Positions 12,390 to 25,111 of a stretch of 64,000 bases of DNA are shown here, in pieces. The notes beneath the pieces are model-generated. The model was given only the letters and a program-made list of their open reading frames with translations. It was not told the DNA's origin and ran no database searches. Positions within the stretch are counted from its first letter, which is position 1, and every line of letters starts with the position of its first letter. Position numbers and translations under genes: made by a program. The stretch covers positions 7,643,941 to 7,707,940 of the forward strand of contig NC_052175.1 in NCBI RefSeq assembly GCF_902713615.1, given 5' to 3'. Source of the DNA: Scyliorhinus canicula. Its lineage: Eukaryota.

Positions 12390-15300
12390 ACTTTGCGACA
12401 TTGTAATCTTCAGAATTCTTCATTTTCACAGATAATTAGAGGGAAACGGCAGGCAGTGCAGGGATCCCCTGTGGTCGTTCCCATCAATAACAAGTATACC
12501 GTTTTGGATACTGTTGGGGGACGACGACGACTTAACAGGGGTAAGCAATGGGGCACAGGTCTCTGGCACATAGTCTGTCCCTGTTGCTCAGAAGGGAAGG
12601 GAGAAGAGGAACAGAACACTTGTCATTGGGGACTCCATAGTTAGAGGAACAGACAGGAGGTTCTGTGGGAACGAAAGAGACTCACGGTTGGCGTGTTGCC
12701 TCCCAGGTGCCAGGGTTCGTGATGTCTCTGATCGTGTTTTTGGGATCCTTAAGGGGGGGGAGGGGGGCCATCCACAAGTCGTGGCCCACATATGTACCAA
12801 CGACATAGGTAGGAAGAGAGACGGGGATTTGAGACAGAAATTCAGGGAGCTAGGGTGGAAACTGAGAGATAGTACAAACAGAGTTCTTCTCTCTGGGTTG
12901 TTACCACGTGCTAGCGAAGTGAGAAATAAGGAGAGAGAGGAGTTGAACACGTGGCTACAGGGATGGTGCAGGAGGGAGGGTTTTGGTTACCTGGATAATT
13001 GGGGCTCATTCTGGGGTAGGTGGGACCTATACAAGCAGGATGGCTTTCAACTGAACCAGAGGGGTCCTAATATACTGTGGGGGGGGGGGGGGAGATTTGC
13101 TACTGCACTTCGGGGGGGGGGGTTAAACTAATTCAGCAGGGAGTTGGGAACCTAAATTGTAGTCCCAGTGTACAGGATGTTGAGAGTAGTGAGGTCAGGT
13201 ATAGGGATAAAGGTTCGAAAGAGGGCACCGGCAAGCAAGATGCTGGTTTGAAGTCGGTATACTTCAACGCCAGGAGCATCCGGAATAAGGTGGGTGAGCT
13301 TGCAGCATGTGTTGGTACCTGGGATCTCGATGTTGTCACGATTTCGGAGACATTGGTAGAGCAGGGGCAGGAATGGTTGTTGCAGGTTCCAGGCTTTTGA
13401 TGTTTCTGTAAGAACAGAGAAGATGGTAAAAGAGGGGGGTGGCATTGTTAATCAAGGACAGTATTACGGCGGCAGAAAGGACGTTTGAGGACTCGTCTAC
13501 TGAGGATAGGAACAGGAGAGGAGAGGTCACCCTGTTGGGAGTTGTCTATAGACCTCCGAATAGTTCCAGAGATGTAGAGGAAAGGATTGCAAAGATGATT
13601 CTCGACAGGAGCTAGAGAAACAGGGTAGTTGTTATGGGGGACTTTAACTTTCCAAATATTGACTTGAAATAAAATAGTTCGAATACTATACATGGGTCAG
13701 TTTTTGTGCAGTGTCTGCAGGAGGGTTTTCTGACACAGTATGTAGACAGGCCAAGAAGGGGCGATACCACATTGGATATGGTACTGGGTAATGAACCCGG
13801 CCAGGTGTTAGATTTAGATGTAGGTGAGCACTTTGGTGATAGTGATCATTATACGGTTATGTTTACTTTAGCGATGGACAGGGATAGGTATATACCGCAA
13901 GGCAAGAATTATAGCTGGGGGAAAGGCAATTATGATGCTATACGGCAAGATTTAGGATGTATAGGATGGGGAAGGAAACTGCAGGGGATGGGTACAATCG
14001 AAATCTTGAGCTTTTTCAAGTAACAGATACTGTGTGTCCTTGATAAGTAGGTACCTGTCAGACAGGGAGGAAGTTGTCGAGCAAGGGAACCGTGGTTTAC
14101 TAAGGAAGATGAAGCACTTGTCAAGGGGAAGAAGAAGGTTTATATTAGGATGAGACATGAAGGCTCAGTTAGGGCACTTGAGAGTTACAAGTTAGCCAGG
14201 AAGGACCTAAAGGGAGAGTTAAGAAGAGCAAGGAGAGAACAGGAAAAGTCGTTGGCCGATAGGATCAAGGAAAACCCTAATGCTTTCTATAGGTATATCA
14301 GGAACAAAAGAATGTCTAGAGTGAGATTAGGGCCAATCAAGGATAGTAGTTGTGTCTGGAATCAGAGGAGATAGGGGAAGCGTTAAATGGATATTCTTCG
14401 TCAGTGTTTACACTGGAGAAAGACAATGTTGTCGAGGAGAATTCTCAGGTGCACTCAATCAAGCTAGATGGGACTGAGGTTCACAAGGAGGAGGTGTTAG
14501 CTATTTTGGAAAGTGTAAAAATAGTTAAGTCCCTTTGGCCAGAAGGGATTTATCCAAGGATTCTCTGGGAAGCCAGGGTAGAGATTGCAGAGCCTTTGTC
14601 CTTGATCTTTATGTCGTTTTTGTCGACAGGAAGAGTACCGGAAGACTGGAGGATAGCAAATGTTGTCCCCTTGTTCAAGAAGGTGAGTAGAGACAACCCT
14701 GGTAATTATAGACCTTTGAGCCTTAATTCGGTTGTGGGTAAAATGTTGGAAATGGTTGCAAGAGATAGGGTTTATAATCATCTTGAAAAGAACAAGTTGA
14801 TTAGCGATACTCAACACGGCTTTGTGAAGGGTAGGTCATGCCTCACAAACCTTATTAAGTATTTTGAGAAGGTGACCAAACAGGTGGATGACGGTAAAGC
14901 GGTTGATGTGGTGTATATGGATTTCAGTAAGGCGTTTGATATGGTTCCCCACGGTAGGCTATTGCAGGAAATACGGAACTATGGGATTGAAGGTGATTTA
15001 GGGGTTTCGATCAGTAATTGGCTAGCTGAAAGAAGACAGAGGGTGATGGTTGATGGCAAATGTTCATCCTGGAGTTCAGTTACTAGTGGTGTACCGCAAG
15101 GATCTGTTTTGGGGCCACTGCAGTTTGTCATTTTTATAAATGACCTGGAAGAGGGTGTAGAAGGATGTGTTAGAACAAAGAACAAAGAAAATTACAGCAC
15201 AGGAGCAGGCCCTTCGGCCCTCCCAGCCTGCGCCGATCCAGGTCCTTTATCTAAACCTGTCTCCTATTTTCCAAGGTCTACTTCCCTCTGTTCCCGCCCA

Positions 15301-18300
15301 TTCATATACCTGTCTAGATGCTTCTTAAATGATGCCATCGTGCCCGCCTCTACCACCTCCGATGGTAAAGCGTTCCAGGCACCCACCACCCTCTGCGTAA
15401 AAAACTTTCCACGCACATCTCCCTTAAACTTTCCCCCTCTCACATTGATATCCTGACCCCTTGTAACTGACACCCCCAATCTTGCGAAAAGCTTGTTGCT
15501 ATCCAGCTTGTCCATACCTCTCATAATTTTGTAGACCTCAATCAGGTCCCCCTCAACCTCCGTCTTTCCAACGAAAACAATCCTAATCTACTCAACCATT
15601 CTTCATAGCTAGCACCCTCCATACCAGGCAACATCCTGGTGATCCTCCTCTGCACCCTCTCCAAGCCATCCACATCCTTCTGGTAATGTGGCGACCAGAA
15701 CTACACGAAGTATCCCAAATGTGGCCGAACCAAAGTCCTATACAACTGTAACATGACCTGCCAACTCTTGTACTCAATACCCCGTCCGATGAAGGCAAGC
15801 ATGCTGTATGCCTTCTTGACCACTCTATCAACCTGCGTTGCCACCTTCAGGGTACAATGTACCTGAACTCCCAGATTTCTCTGCACATCAATTTTCCCCA
15901 AGACCCTTCCTTGACCATATAGTCCGCTCTTGAATTTGATCTTCCAAAATGCATCACCTCGCATTTGCCTGGATTGAACTCCATCTGCCATTTCTCCGCC
16001 CAACTCTCCAATCTATCTATATTTTGTTATATTCTCTGACAGTCCTCCTCGCTATCTGCAACTCCACCAATCTTAGCATCATCTGCAAACTTGCTAATCA
16101 GACCACCTATACCTTCCTCCATGTCATTTATGTAGATCACAAACAACAGTGGTCCGTTCACGGATCCCTGTGAAACACCACTAGTCACCCTTCTCCATTT
16201 TGAGACGCTCCCTTCCACCACTACTATCTGTCTCCTGTTGCCCAGCCAGTTCTTTGTCCATCTAGCTAGTACAGCCTGAATCCCATACGACTTCACTTTT
16301 TCCATCAAACTGCCATGGGAAACCTTATCAAACGCCTTACTAAAGTCCATGTATACGACATCTACAGTCCTTCCCTCATCAATTAACTTTGTCACTTCCT
16401 CAAAGAATTCTATTCGGTTTGTAAGACATGACCTTCCCTGCACAAAACCACCATGCTGCCTATCACTGATAAGTCTATTTTCTTCCAGATGTGAATAGAT
16501 CCTAGCTCTGAGTATCTTCTCCAACAGTTTTCCTACCACTGACGCCAGGCTCACAGGTCTATAATTCCCTGGATTATCCCTGCTATCCTTCTTAAACAAA
16601 GGGACAACATTAGCAATTCTCCAGTCCTCCGGGACCTCACCCGTGCTCAAGGATGCCGCAAAGATATATGTTAAGGCCCCAACTATTTCGACCCTCGCTT
16701 CCCTCAGTTACCTGGGATAGATCCCATCCTGTCCTGGAGACATGTCCACCTTATTATCTTTTAGAATACCCAAAACCTCCCCCTTCCGTATGACAACTTG
16801 ACCGAGACTATTTAAACATCCATCCCTAGCCTCAACATCCGTCTTGTCACTCTCCTTTGTGAATACCGATGCAAAGTACTCATTAAGAATCTCACCCATT
16901 TCCTCTGAGTCCACGCATAAATTCCCTTTTTTGTCTTTGAGTGGGCCAATCCTTTCTCTAGTTACCCTCTTGCTCCTTACATACGAATAAAATGCTTTGG
17001 GATTTTCCTTAACCCTGTTGGCCAAAGATATTTCCTGACCCCTTTTAGCCCTCTTTATTGCGCGTTTGAGATTCGTCCGACTTTCCCGATATTCCTCCAA
17101 AGATTCATCAGTTTTGAGTTGCCTCGATCCTATGTATGCTTCCTTTCTCATATTAGCTAGTCTCACAATTTCACCCGTCATCCATGGTTCCCTAATCTTG
17201 CCTATTCTGTCTTTCATTTTCACAGGAACATGTCTGTCCTGCACTCTAATCAACCTTTCCTTAAAAGACTCCCACATTTCAAATGTGTATTTACCCTTAA
17301 ACAGCTGCTCCCAATCCAAATTCCCTAGATCCTGCCGAATTTTGTTATACTCTGCCTTTCCCCAATTTAGCACTCTTCCTTTCGGACCCCTCCTGTCCTT
17401 GTCCATGAGTATTCAAAAACTTACGGAATTGTGATCGCAATTCCCAAAGTAATTACCGACTGAAATATCAACCACCTGGCCGGGATTCCCCAATACCAGG
17501 TCCAGTATGGCCCCTTCCCGAGTTGTAAATTTGCATATGACACGAAGGTCGGTGGAGTTGTGGATAGTGCTGAAGGATGTTATAGGTTACTTTGGAAGGA
17601 GTAACAGGAATGCAGGCTAATCGCAAGATTCTTGGTAGTGGAGATGAACAGAGGTATCACGGCATCCAGGTACATAAATCCCTGAAAGTTATCACCCAGG
17701 TTAAAAGGGCTGTTAAGAATGCATATGGTGTGCTCGCCTTTATCAGTAGAGGGATTGAGTTTCGGAGCCACCAGGTCATGCTGCAGCTGTACAAAACTCT
17801 AGTGGGGCCACACCTGCAGTACTGCGTGCAATTCTGGTCACCACATTATAGGCAGGATGTGGAAGCTTTGGAAAGGGTTCAGAGGAGATTTACTAGGATG
17901 TTGCCTGGCATGGAGGGAAGGTCTTACGAGGAAAGGCTCAGGGACTTGACGTTGTTTTCGTTAGAGAGGAGAAGGCTGAGAGGTGACTTAATAGAGACAT
18001 ATAAGATAGTCAGAAGGTTAGATAGGGTGGGCAGTGAGAGTCTTTTTCCTCGGATGGTGATGTCCAACACGAGGGGACATAGCTTTAAATTGAGGGGTTG
18101 TAGATATAGGACAGATGTCAGAGGCAGTTTCTTTACTCAGAGAGTAGTAGGGGTGTGGAACGCCCTGCCTGCAACAGTGGTAAACTCGCCAAAGTTAAGG
18201 GCATTTAAGTGGTCTCTGTGTAGACATATGGATGAAAATTGAATAGTGTAGGTCAGATAGGCTTCAGATGGTTTCACGGGTCGGCGCAACATCGAGGGCC

Positions 18301-18338
18301 GAAGGGCCCGTACTCCGCTGTAATTTTCTATGTTCTAA
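12390..18338 (+). mobile_element. Near-full-length CR1 LINE (ORF1 esterase, ORF2 EN/RT), split by an antisense CR1 at 15173-17522
   Basis: ORF1 CLPGAR...HICTND...DG-x-x-LN (SGNH esterase typical of CR1 ORF1), EN start FNARSIRNK, RT QGSVLGP..INDL. The RT resumes at about 17523 and runs to the tail at 18338. Confidence 0.92.
15173..17522 (-). mobile_element. 5'-truncated CR1 LINE
   Basis: Minus-strand ORFs 16027-16650 and 16708-17406 ([21 protein letters not shown]); tail begins at 15173. Confidence 0.93.
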
Positions 18339-18454
18339 ACGATGTCCGTTGCACTTTCCAGAACTGAAGGTTCATTTAGTTCTGACATTAAAATACGTTC
18401 TGAAAGATGGCATCGCGATCTTTTCATCGTTGTGTTGCTCTTAGCATATTCGTG

Positions 18455-18672
18455 GCGGCCGGTTCAGCTCTGTGGGCTAAGTAGCTGATTTACGAGAAAG
18501 CCAACAGCACGGGTTCAAACCCCGTTCTGGCTGAGCTCACTCGTGACAGCCCCACCTTCTGAACATTTCTTTTCGCCTGAAGTGTGGTGATCCTCAGGTT
18601 AAACCTCCACCAGTCAGGTGCCCCTCCTCAAAGATGAACTCGGCCATCTGGGCGACAGCAACTTTAATTTTT
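18455..18672 (+). mobile_element. Old tRNA-derived SINE of a different family
   Basis: B-box-like GGTTCAAACC and an internal inverted repeat at 18576-18598. Confidence 0.55.
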
Positions 18673-19249
18673 ATACTTGGGTCCGCTTCGATTGTGTGTG
18701 CCAATATTCTCCCAAACCCTTGGTTTGCTTCCCGAAGGAGGCATTTCATGTCACACAGATTTTGTGAATCGGAAAGGGAACAGATTAATTACTGTACTGA
18801 CGACTCAGTTAGGGTGCTTCCGAGAGAATAGTTTCCTTAATATGTTAAACACTGTGACGTGTGTGTGCATGCACGTGTTTGAGGGAGTGGAGACCGAGAG
18901 AAAGGGGAACGTTCATTAACATGTCGAACATGTACAACATTCAGACCTGTGTTTTCTAGATCAATAAGTAGAGGCAGACAGAGAAAGTGAAAAAGAGAGA
19001 AGAAGCCACTGTCAATATTTTGAAATACGTCATACGCACAAATGGGTCATTCGACCCATCGTACAGATGCTATCCCTTTAAATGCACTCTCCAAAAATAT
19101 GCAATGTTCCCCATTGCAGTGTGTATTTTATCTCCCTCAAGAGAGAAATAGGGATAGAGAAACAATAAGAAAATGTATTTTAATATGGCTAATTCTGACC
19201 TACCTATCTGTGTGTGCGTGCGAGAGAGAAAAAGAGAATCGAATCATTG

Positions 19250-19502
19250 AATTGACAGTGCCTATCTCCGTAATCTAAGTAACCCGACCACCCGACCTAA
19301 CGAAGCGGGAATTCATCATAGCCAATCCACCTAACCAGCACAAAGATGGACTGTGGGAGGAAACCGAAGCACCCGGAGGAAACCCAAACTGAAAATGTCA
19401 GGAATTGCAAACTCGACACAGACAGCACCCGAGTCCGAAATTGAACTTGGGATCCTGGAACTGTGAGGCAGCAGTGCTAACAACTTTGCCACCTTGCCGC
19501 CC
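19250..19502 (-). mobile_element. V-SINE-type SINE, diverged
   Basis: Core GACTGTGGGAGGAAACCG...CACCCGGAGGAAACCCA. Confidence 0.75.
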
Positions 19503-19663
19503 TAAATCGTTAGCATGTGCAACATTCTGACATAAAATCAAATGAGATGCCAAATGGTCCCTCAGGAGACACATGCACTTAGAAACAACTACCGATTACT
19601 TGTGCAATTCTGATTTATTATTTTTTTAAATCCATGTGCTGATATTTGCATTCATTCTCCACT

Positions 19664-19950
19664 GGGCAGCACAACAGCATAGTGGTTAGCAGTATGGTCT
19701 TACAGCGCCAGGGTCCCAGGTTCGATTCCTGGCTTGTGGCACTGTCTGGACGGTACCCCATGTCTGCTTGGGTTTCCACCGGGTTCTCCGGTCTCCTCCC
19801 ACAAGTCCCGAAAGACGTTTGGACAGTCTGAATTCTCACTCTGTGTATCCGGACAGGTGCTGGAATGTTGCCACTCGCGGCGTTTCACAGAAACTACTTC
19901 ACTGCAGTGTTAATGTAAACCTACTTGTGACAATACAGGTTATTATTAAT
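19664..19950 (+). mobile_element. tRNA-derived SINE with ...CTACTTGTGACAATA tail
   Basis: B box GGTTCGATTCC; same family as 46735-47042. Confidence 0.75.
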
Positions 19951-20656
19951 ACATTGGGGTGACTATATCTCAGATGAATGTAATTCGATAGGACCCATTT
20001 TGGGCGTTTTGCGGACGATGACGTGTTTGCAGACATCATAGGATACAGTCATAGATGTTTGCAACACAAAAAAGATCATTTGGCCCATCGTCAGAACAAC
20101 CACCGAAATATTCTAATCACATTTCGCATCACTAATCCCATAACCTGTGTGCCTTGCCATCGCAAGTGAACATCTAAATACTTCTTACATCTCATGAGGT
20201 TCAAAGACAGGATAGAGATACTGCAATTCATAACATATAGAGTTGGTGCGATTACAATCTCATTGGAAAATGTATATTTCTGAGGGAGATTGACAGAGTA
20301 GAATCTGAAGTGATCTTTACTCTCTTGAGGTAATCTAATAATGGAGCACACAACTTCTAAGTAAGTTGCCTCCCATCTATACAAAGGGGCACTGCTTCCC
20401 TCGAGGGCCGTTAGTGTTTGGAATTATCTACCCAGAGAGCAGTGGGCCATTGAATTTGTTCGAGGCTGAGTTAGACATTTTTATGCCCGTGAGAAGAGTC
20501 AACATTCTGGGAGACATACAGGAAAATTAAGTTGAGACCACAACCAGGTCAGCCATGACTGTGTTCCCTGATAGTCTGGGCTTGAGGGGCCGAATGACCT
20601 ACTCCGAAATTTTTCTTATGTTCCACATCCTTCTGATCCTGGCATTAATCAGATTT

Positions 20657-20932
20657 GGGGCGGCACGTAGCATAGTGGTTACCACTGCTGCCTCACAGTA
20701 CCAGCGACCCGGATTCAATCCCGGCCTTGGGTGATTGTGTGGACGTTTGCACGTTTACCCTGTGTGTGTCTGGGTTTCCTTCGTGTGCTCCGGTTTCTTC
20801 CACAGTCTAAAGATATGCAAGTTTGGTGGGCTACCGGAATAGGACATGGATGAGTGTTAGAAGGGTACTCTTTCATGGGGTCTGTGCATTCCCCATGGGC
20901 AGAATAGCCTCTTTCTGCACTGCCGGGATTCT
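20657..20932 (+). mobile_element. V-SINE-type SINE, diverged
   Basis: Head GGGCGGCACG-TAGCATAGTGGTT and V core. Confidence 0.75.
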
Positions 20933-22509
20933 TTGATTGACAGAGTTTATCTCGGGCAATGCACACAGCAATCTGATGCAATGTAAAGGCAATAACAGGT
21001 TTAATTTTTCCTTTTGTATTTTGAAATCAAGGGCACTGTAATATATCAAATTTTCTCTGATTTCGAGCTGGATTTATGATATCGTATTTCGACTCCACTT
21101 TCAAATTATCTAATTAAATATTCATTCCACCTCAGCACTGTTTCCAATAGAGATTTAGTTAGAAATCTAGTAATCCAGCTGTGATTAAATGGCGTGCGAG
21201 AAATGAATGTTAATTTTATCTGAACTGTATATTTGATGTGTATTTTAAACAGTGAGTCAGTTTGTCAGAAAAGGAACCGCGTGTCGTCCCAATGTTTCAG
21301 TGTGAAACGTATCAGTCAATCCACATCGTTACATTCCGCACTCATGTTTCTGAGTTAGAACAGATTTATTCTGAACTTTTTCATTGCTGATATTGACACA
21401 TCCAAAATCAGTTACCAATCAAGGTAAAACAATATCTGAAATGCATACTGCACGTCAGGGCCACCTGGGAGATATTCTGGAGGCGGAAAATATTGGTGGA
21501 ATACGAATCAATTACCTTGCACTTATGTTCACAATAGACCTGCATCTTTCTAGTTCCACATAACCGAATGAGAAGGACGACGTTTGAATACAAAATTGGC
21601 CAAGGTAAACTCAGATAATAATGTTAAATACCTCTGACTTAGATCCATGGAGTTATCCAGTAGATTTTGGCCGACGGCAGTGTTTTCTTTTCCATAAGAA
21701 TTACCTGACCTTCGTCGCATAGATATAATTGTAAAGCTCTCAAATAATACAACGTTTGTGAATGCATTAAATTATGAGACCAATTACAATAGACTTAAGG
21801 AGGCCAGTTATCAGATCCAATCTAACCCAGAAGAAGTAAATGATCCATTATCTAATGCAAGTTTGGAGAGGCAATAATAAAGAAGGGTATTTTTATTAAT
21901 TCATGTACAGGACTAGAGAGAGACAGCGCTGCTCTACTGAAACAATGATCGTGGCAAGACGATTTGTCAGAACAAAAAAACAGAAAATATTGGATAAGTT
22001 CAGTTTGTCTGACAGAATCTGTGGCGAGAAAATGTTTCGACTGTGAAGGATTCGTTGGGCCAGGTGCAAACAGAAACCTCCATCACTAACTGAGATCTGA
22101 GTGTCTTTGTTCCAAAACAGTAATGCTACCATTTAGCAATTTTATACAGGAGTATGAGCGAATACTTCATCGACTACTTGTTCATCTTCACCTCATTTTG
22201 GAACCAGTTCTTGTTCGGTTCATAAATGCAGGTTTTATGCGGTATTTGAAAAAGGAGAAGCAGATAACTTGTTTCTTAAAGGATAAGAAGGGAATTGGTG
22301 AACCAGATAGATGTTACAACAATCGACAATAATTCCATTACTGCAGTTTTCCAATTATTGCTTGAATATGAATTCCACCAGTTGTCGCTTTTTTAATGAT
22401 TTCTGTTCCCAACAGTGAGAAACATTCTCAAATTAACATTGCCTTCTTCCGCTGTGAAAATGCATCATTCACAGGCATTGTAAAGCATGTTTGGAGACAG
22501 ATTTGATAA

Positions 22510-22655
22510 GAACATAGAACATTGAAAAATAGAGCACAGACCAGGCCCTTCGGCCCACGATGTTGTGCTGACCGTTTGTCGCAGATTAAGGACAATGTAA
22601 TCTACATCCCATCATTCTACCGTAATCCATGTACCTATCCAATAGCCGCTTGAAG
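22510..22655 (-). mobile_element. CR1 3' tail fragment
   Basis: Matches the tails at 2156-2310 and 56586-56720. Confidence 0.8.
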
Positions 22656-22789
22656 GTGGAGACTGAACATATAATTCACAATTAATCGACCCAATTATCA
22701 TCCACGTTTTATTTAGTCTTTGAAAATGAATCATTCAGCCCCCGGTAATAGTTCATGACCGATTGAGTGATACAACTAGATAGATAGAA

Positions 22790-23126
22790 TGATAGAACAG
22801 TACAGCACAGAACAGGCCCTTCGGCCCTCGATGTTATGCCGAGCAATGATCACCCTACTCAAACCCACGTATCCACCCTATACCCGGAACCCAACAACCC
22901 CCCCTTAACCTTACATTTTAGGACACTACGGGCAATTTAGCATGGCCAATCCACCTAACCCGCACATATTTGGACTGTGGGAGGAAACCGGAGCACCCGG
23001 AGGAAACCCACGCACACACGGGGAGGACGAGCAGACTCCGCACAGACAGTGACCCAGCCGGGAATCGAACCTGGGACCCTGGAGCTGTGAAGCATTTATG
23101 CTAACCACCATGCTACCGTGCTGCCC
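22790..23126 (-). mobile_element. HE1/V-SINE-type SINE (tail type A)
   Basis: High similarity to 5055-5400. Confidence 0.92.
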
Positions 23127-24040
23127 ACAACTAATCTTATTTCCAATTGATAAGGAAGGATTCAAGTAGACAATGGCTAAATTACAAGATTTTAGCTGAT
23201 TAATGTACTTTTCCATTTTTCCGTGCACTGATTTATTGTTGAAAATGAATCAGTTATATTATTTTGAAAGATATGATTCTGAAACATTGATTTCACGTTT
23301 AGTCTTGCATTATTCTTCGAGTCAATCGGATTTTTCGGTATTGCAACCAGGTTTGTCCCGTTTATCACAAAACACAGGTTTATGGACATCAGTTGAACAA
23401 TGTTTGCTTCGTGGCCTAAAATTGTGGGTCTCGTTTTTGATGTTCTGACTACCAATGATTCATAAGACTGATGGTTTTCCTGATGGAATTCCCCGGATTT
23501 TCTGGAGAAAGATTTGTGTGCAGAGATTGGGGAATGTCGAACTCGCCATCACAGGCGGTGGACACAGTCAACAGCAGATATGCATTTAAGGGGGATCTGG
23601 ATAATTCTATGAGAGGAAAATGAGCAGAAGGACAAACTGGTCGGGTGTGGTGAAGCGAGAGTGGGAGAAGGTTCTTGTGTATTATTCTGACAGACACGGA
23701 GCAGATGGCCCACGGTTCACTGCAGCACAGGACTAATGGTACAGGACTAACAGAAATAGGCAAACAATCAGACATGTACCGAGTGGAACAATTTCTAAAA
23801 CATTTAACTGAATCCAGCATTCTTCAATCTGAAATGCTTGAGAAATGAACGTGTTTTGGATTAAATAATCATAACACCTGTAATTCCAGCCAGTTGCTCT
23901 TTTCCGACGCAAATCTCCTGCAAATACTTTATGTTCACAATGTGCACCACTCTGGGCTTTGCACCGCCTTTCACCAACATTTCGCACGTGATACAACGTG
24001 TTGCCCTTTGCTGGCAAAGCGTTGCGTGGGCACCTAACGT

Positions 24041-24053
24041 GTAAACAGGAAGT
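24041..24053 (+). promoter_or_regulatory. Candidate overlapping Forkhead/ETS site (GTAAACAGGAAGT) about 165 nt upstream of the leader ATG
   Basis: Exact GTAAACA and CAGGAAGT cores overlap. Function is inferred from motif and position only. Confidence 0.35.
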
Positions 24054-24216
24054 TCTCAGCCAACAGTCGCACGAGGTGAATTTTCCAGAGAGCTATTTTT
24101 AAACGCGACATGTAAAGTGTGCAATGTATGCATTTTTACCATGTTTTGCAAGAAGCCGAGCACAGAAATACCGGACTTGGTAAATCTCACAGCGAGCGGC
24201 CCGGGGACAGCAGACC

Positions 24217-24259
24217 ATGAGCTTGTTAATGCCCTTAGCTTTGCTGCATTTCTTCCCAG
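24217..24259 (+). CDS. Leader (signal peptide) exon, MSLLMPLALLHFFP+G
   Basis: ATG in accATG context, 14 mostly hydrophobic codons, then CAG|GTTTGT phase-1 donor. It splices in frame to GIAS/QAVLSQPP, giving an Ig/TCR-style split leader. Confidence 0.75.
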
Positions 24260-24321
24260 GTTTGTGGCTACTTTACTTCTCATTCTGAATGATCTCATTG
24301 GCGTTAAAACTGCTGAGATAA

Positions 24322-24445
24322 TCTTATTGAAGGGTGAAGACCACTGAGAGAGTCTTATTGAAATGTTAAGACCACTGAGAGAGTCTTATTGAAGGGATAA
24401 CGCCACTGACAGAGTCGTATTCAAGGGTTAAGACCACTGAGTGAG
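24322..24445. repeat. 31-bp minisatellite, 4 copies, in intron 1
   Basis: Units start at 24322, 24353, 24384 and 24415; consensus TCTTATTGAAGGGTTAAGACCACTGAGAGAG. Confidence 0.95.
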
Positions 24446-24884
24446 TCAGCCAAGTAGAACATTTCTCAGCGATTTACCAGAATATTAGCTTTGTGTTCAA
24501 ATAATGAATAATCACATGGTGAAAAAAGATCACATGTACACATTCTCCAGTATATTGGAGGAGGTGTCGAACAGATACAACAAATCTGCCCCTTTGGGAG
24601 GTAAAATATCCCAGGCCCCTGTTGCTAAAAGAAGGTGGTGGGGAATTGAAGAGTTGGTTGCCCCCAGCCTTCTCACTCGGGCCAAGAATGGTCCCTCAAA
24701 CCACGGCAAATGCATGATCAGCTGGTCAACATTGCATTAAACCCCGCTTTTCCTCTTGAGGTGGGGGGAGGGCGGGAGCGGGGAGGTTATTTACCGGATT
24801 TCCTACGTCCGACTTGCAACGGTTGAGTTGCACTTACAAATAATAATAATTCTTCATGTTTCTTGCAATGTGTCTCTCCCTACG

Positions 24885-24924
<40 letters not shown>

Positions 24925-24929
24925 GGGGG
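24885..24929. repeat. C38 homopolymer followed by G7, in intron 1
   Basis: Read directly from the sequence. Confidence 0.95.
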
Positions 24930-25111
24930 CCCCGGCGCTCACCCGTGCAACTGTTATGATTTAAAATGTAACTCTCAGCCTTCTAACTCAGTTGGGATTT
25001 ATTAATGAGTGGATTCCCTGTCTTATACTTTATTGTAGCGGTCCTTCTGCCCGAAATAATATCTCTTCCCGTCCATCACAGAACCCGCTGCGACAATCCT
25101 GTCTCTCACAG

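Noticed and set aside
21770-21802. Minus-strand LLKSIVIGLII resembling a TCR transmembrane segment
   Set aside because: It is bounded by stops, is not in frame with the nearby acceptor, and no minus-strand V or C exon was found.
25005-25053. Hydrophobic MSGFPVLYFIVAVLLP just upstream of the V exon as the leader
   Set aside because: There is no phase-1 GT donor after it (G|AAATAA), the implied intron is only 58 nt, and unspliced read-through is out of frame. The exon at 24217 has a Kozak ATG and a proper donor.
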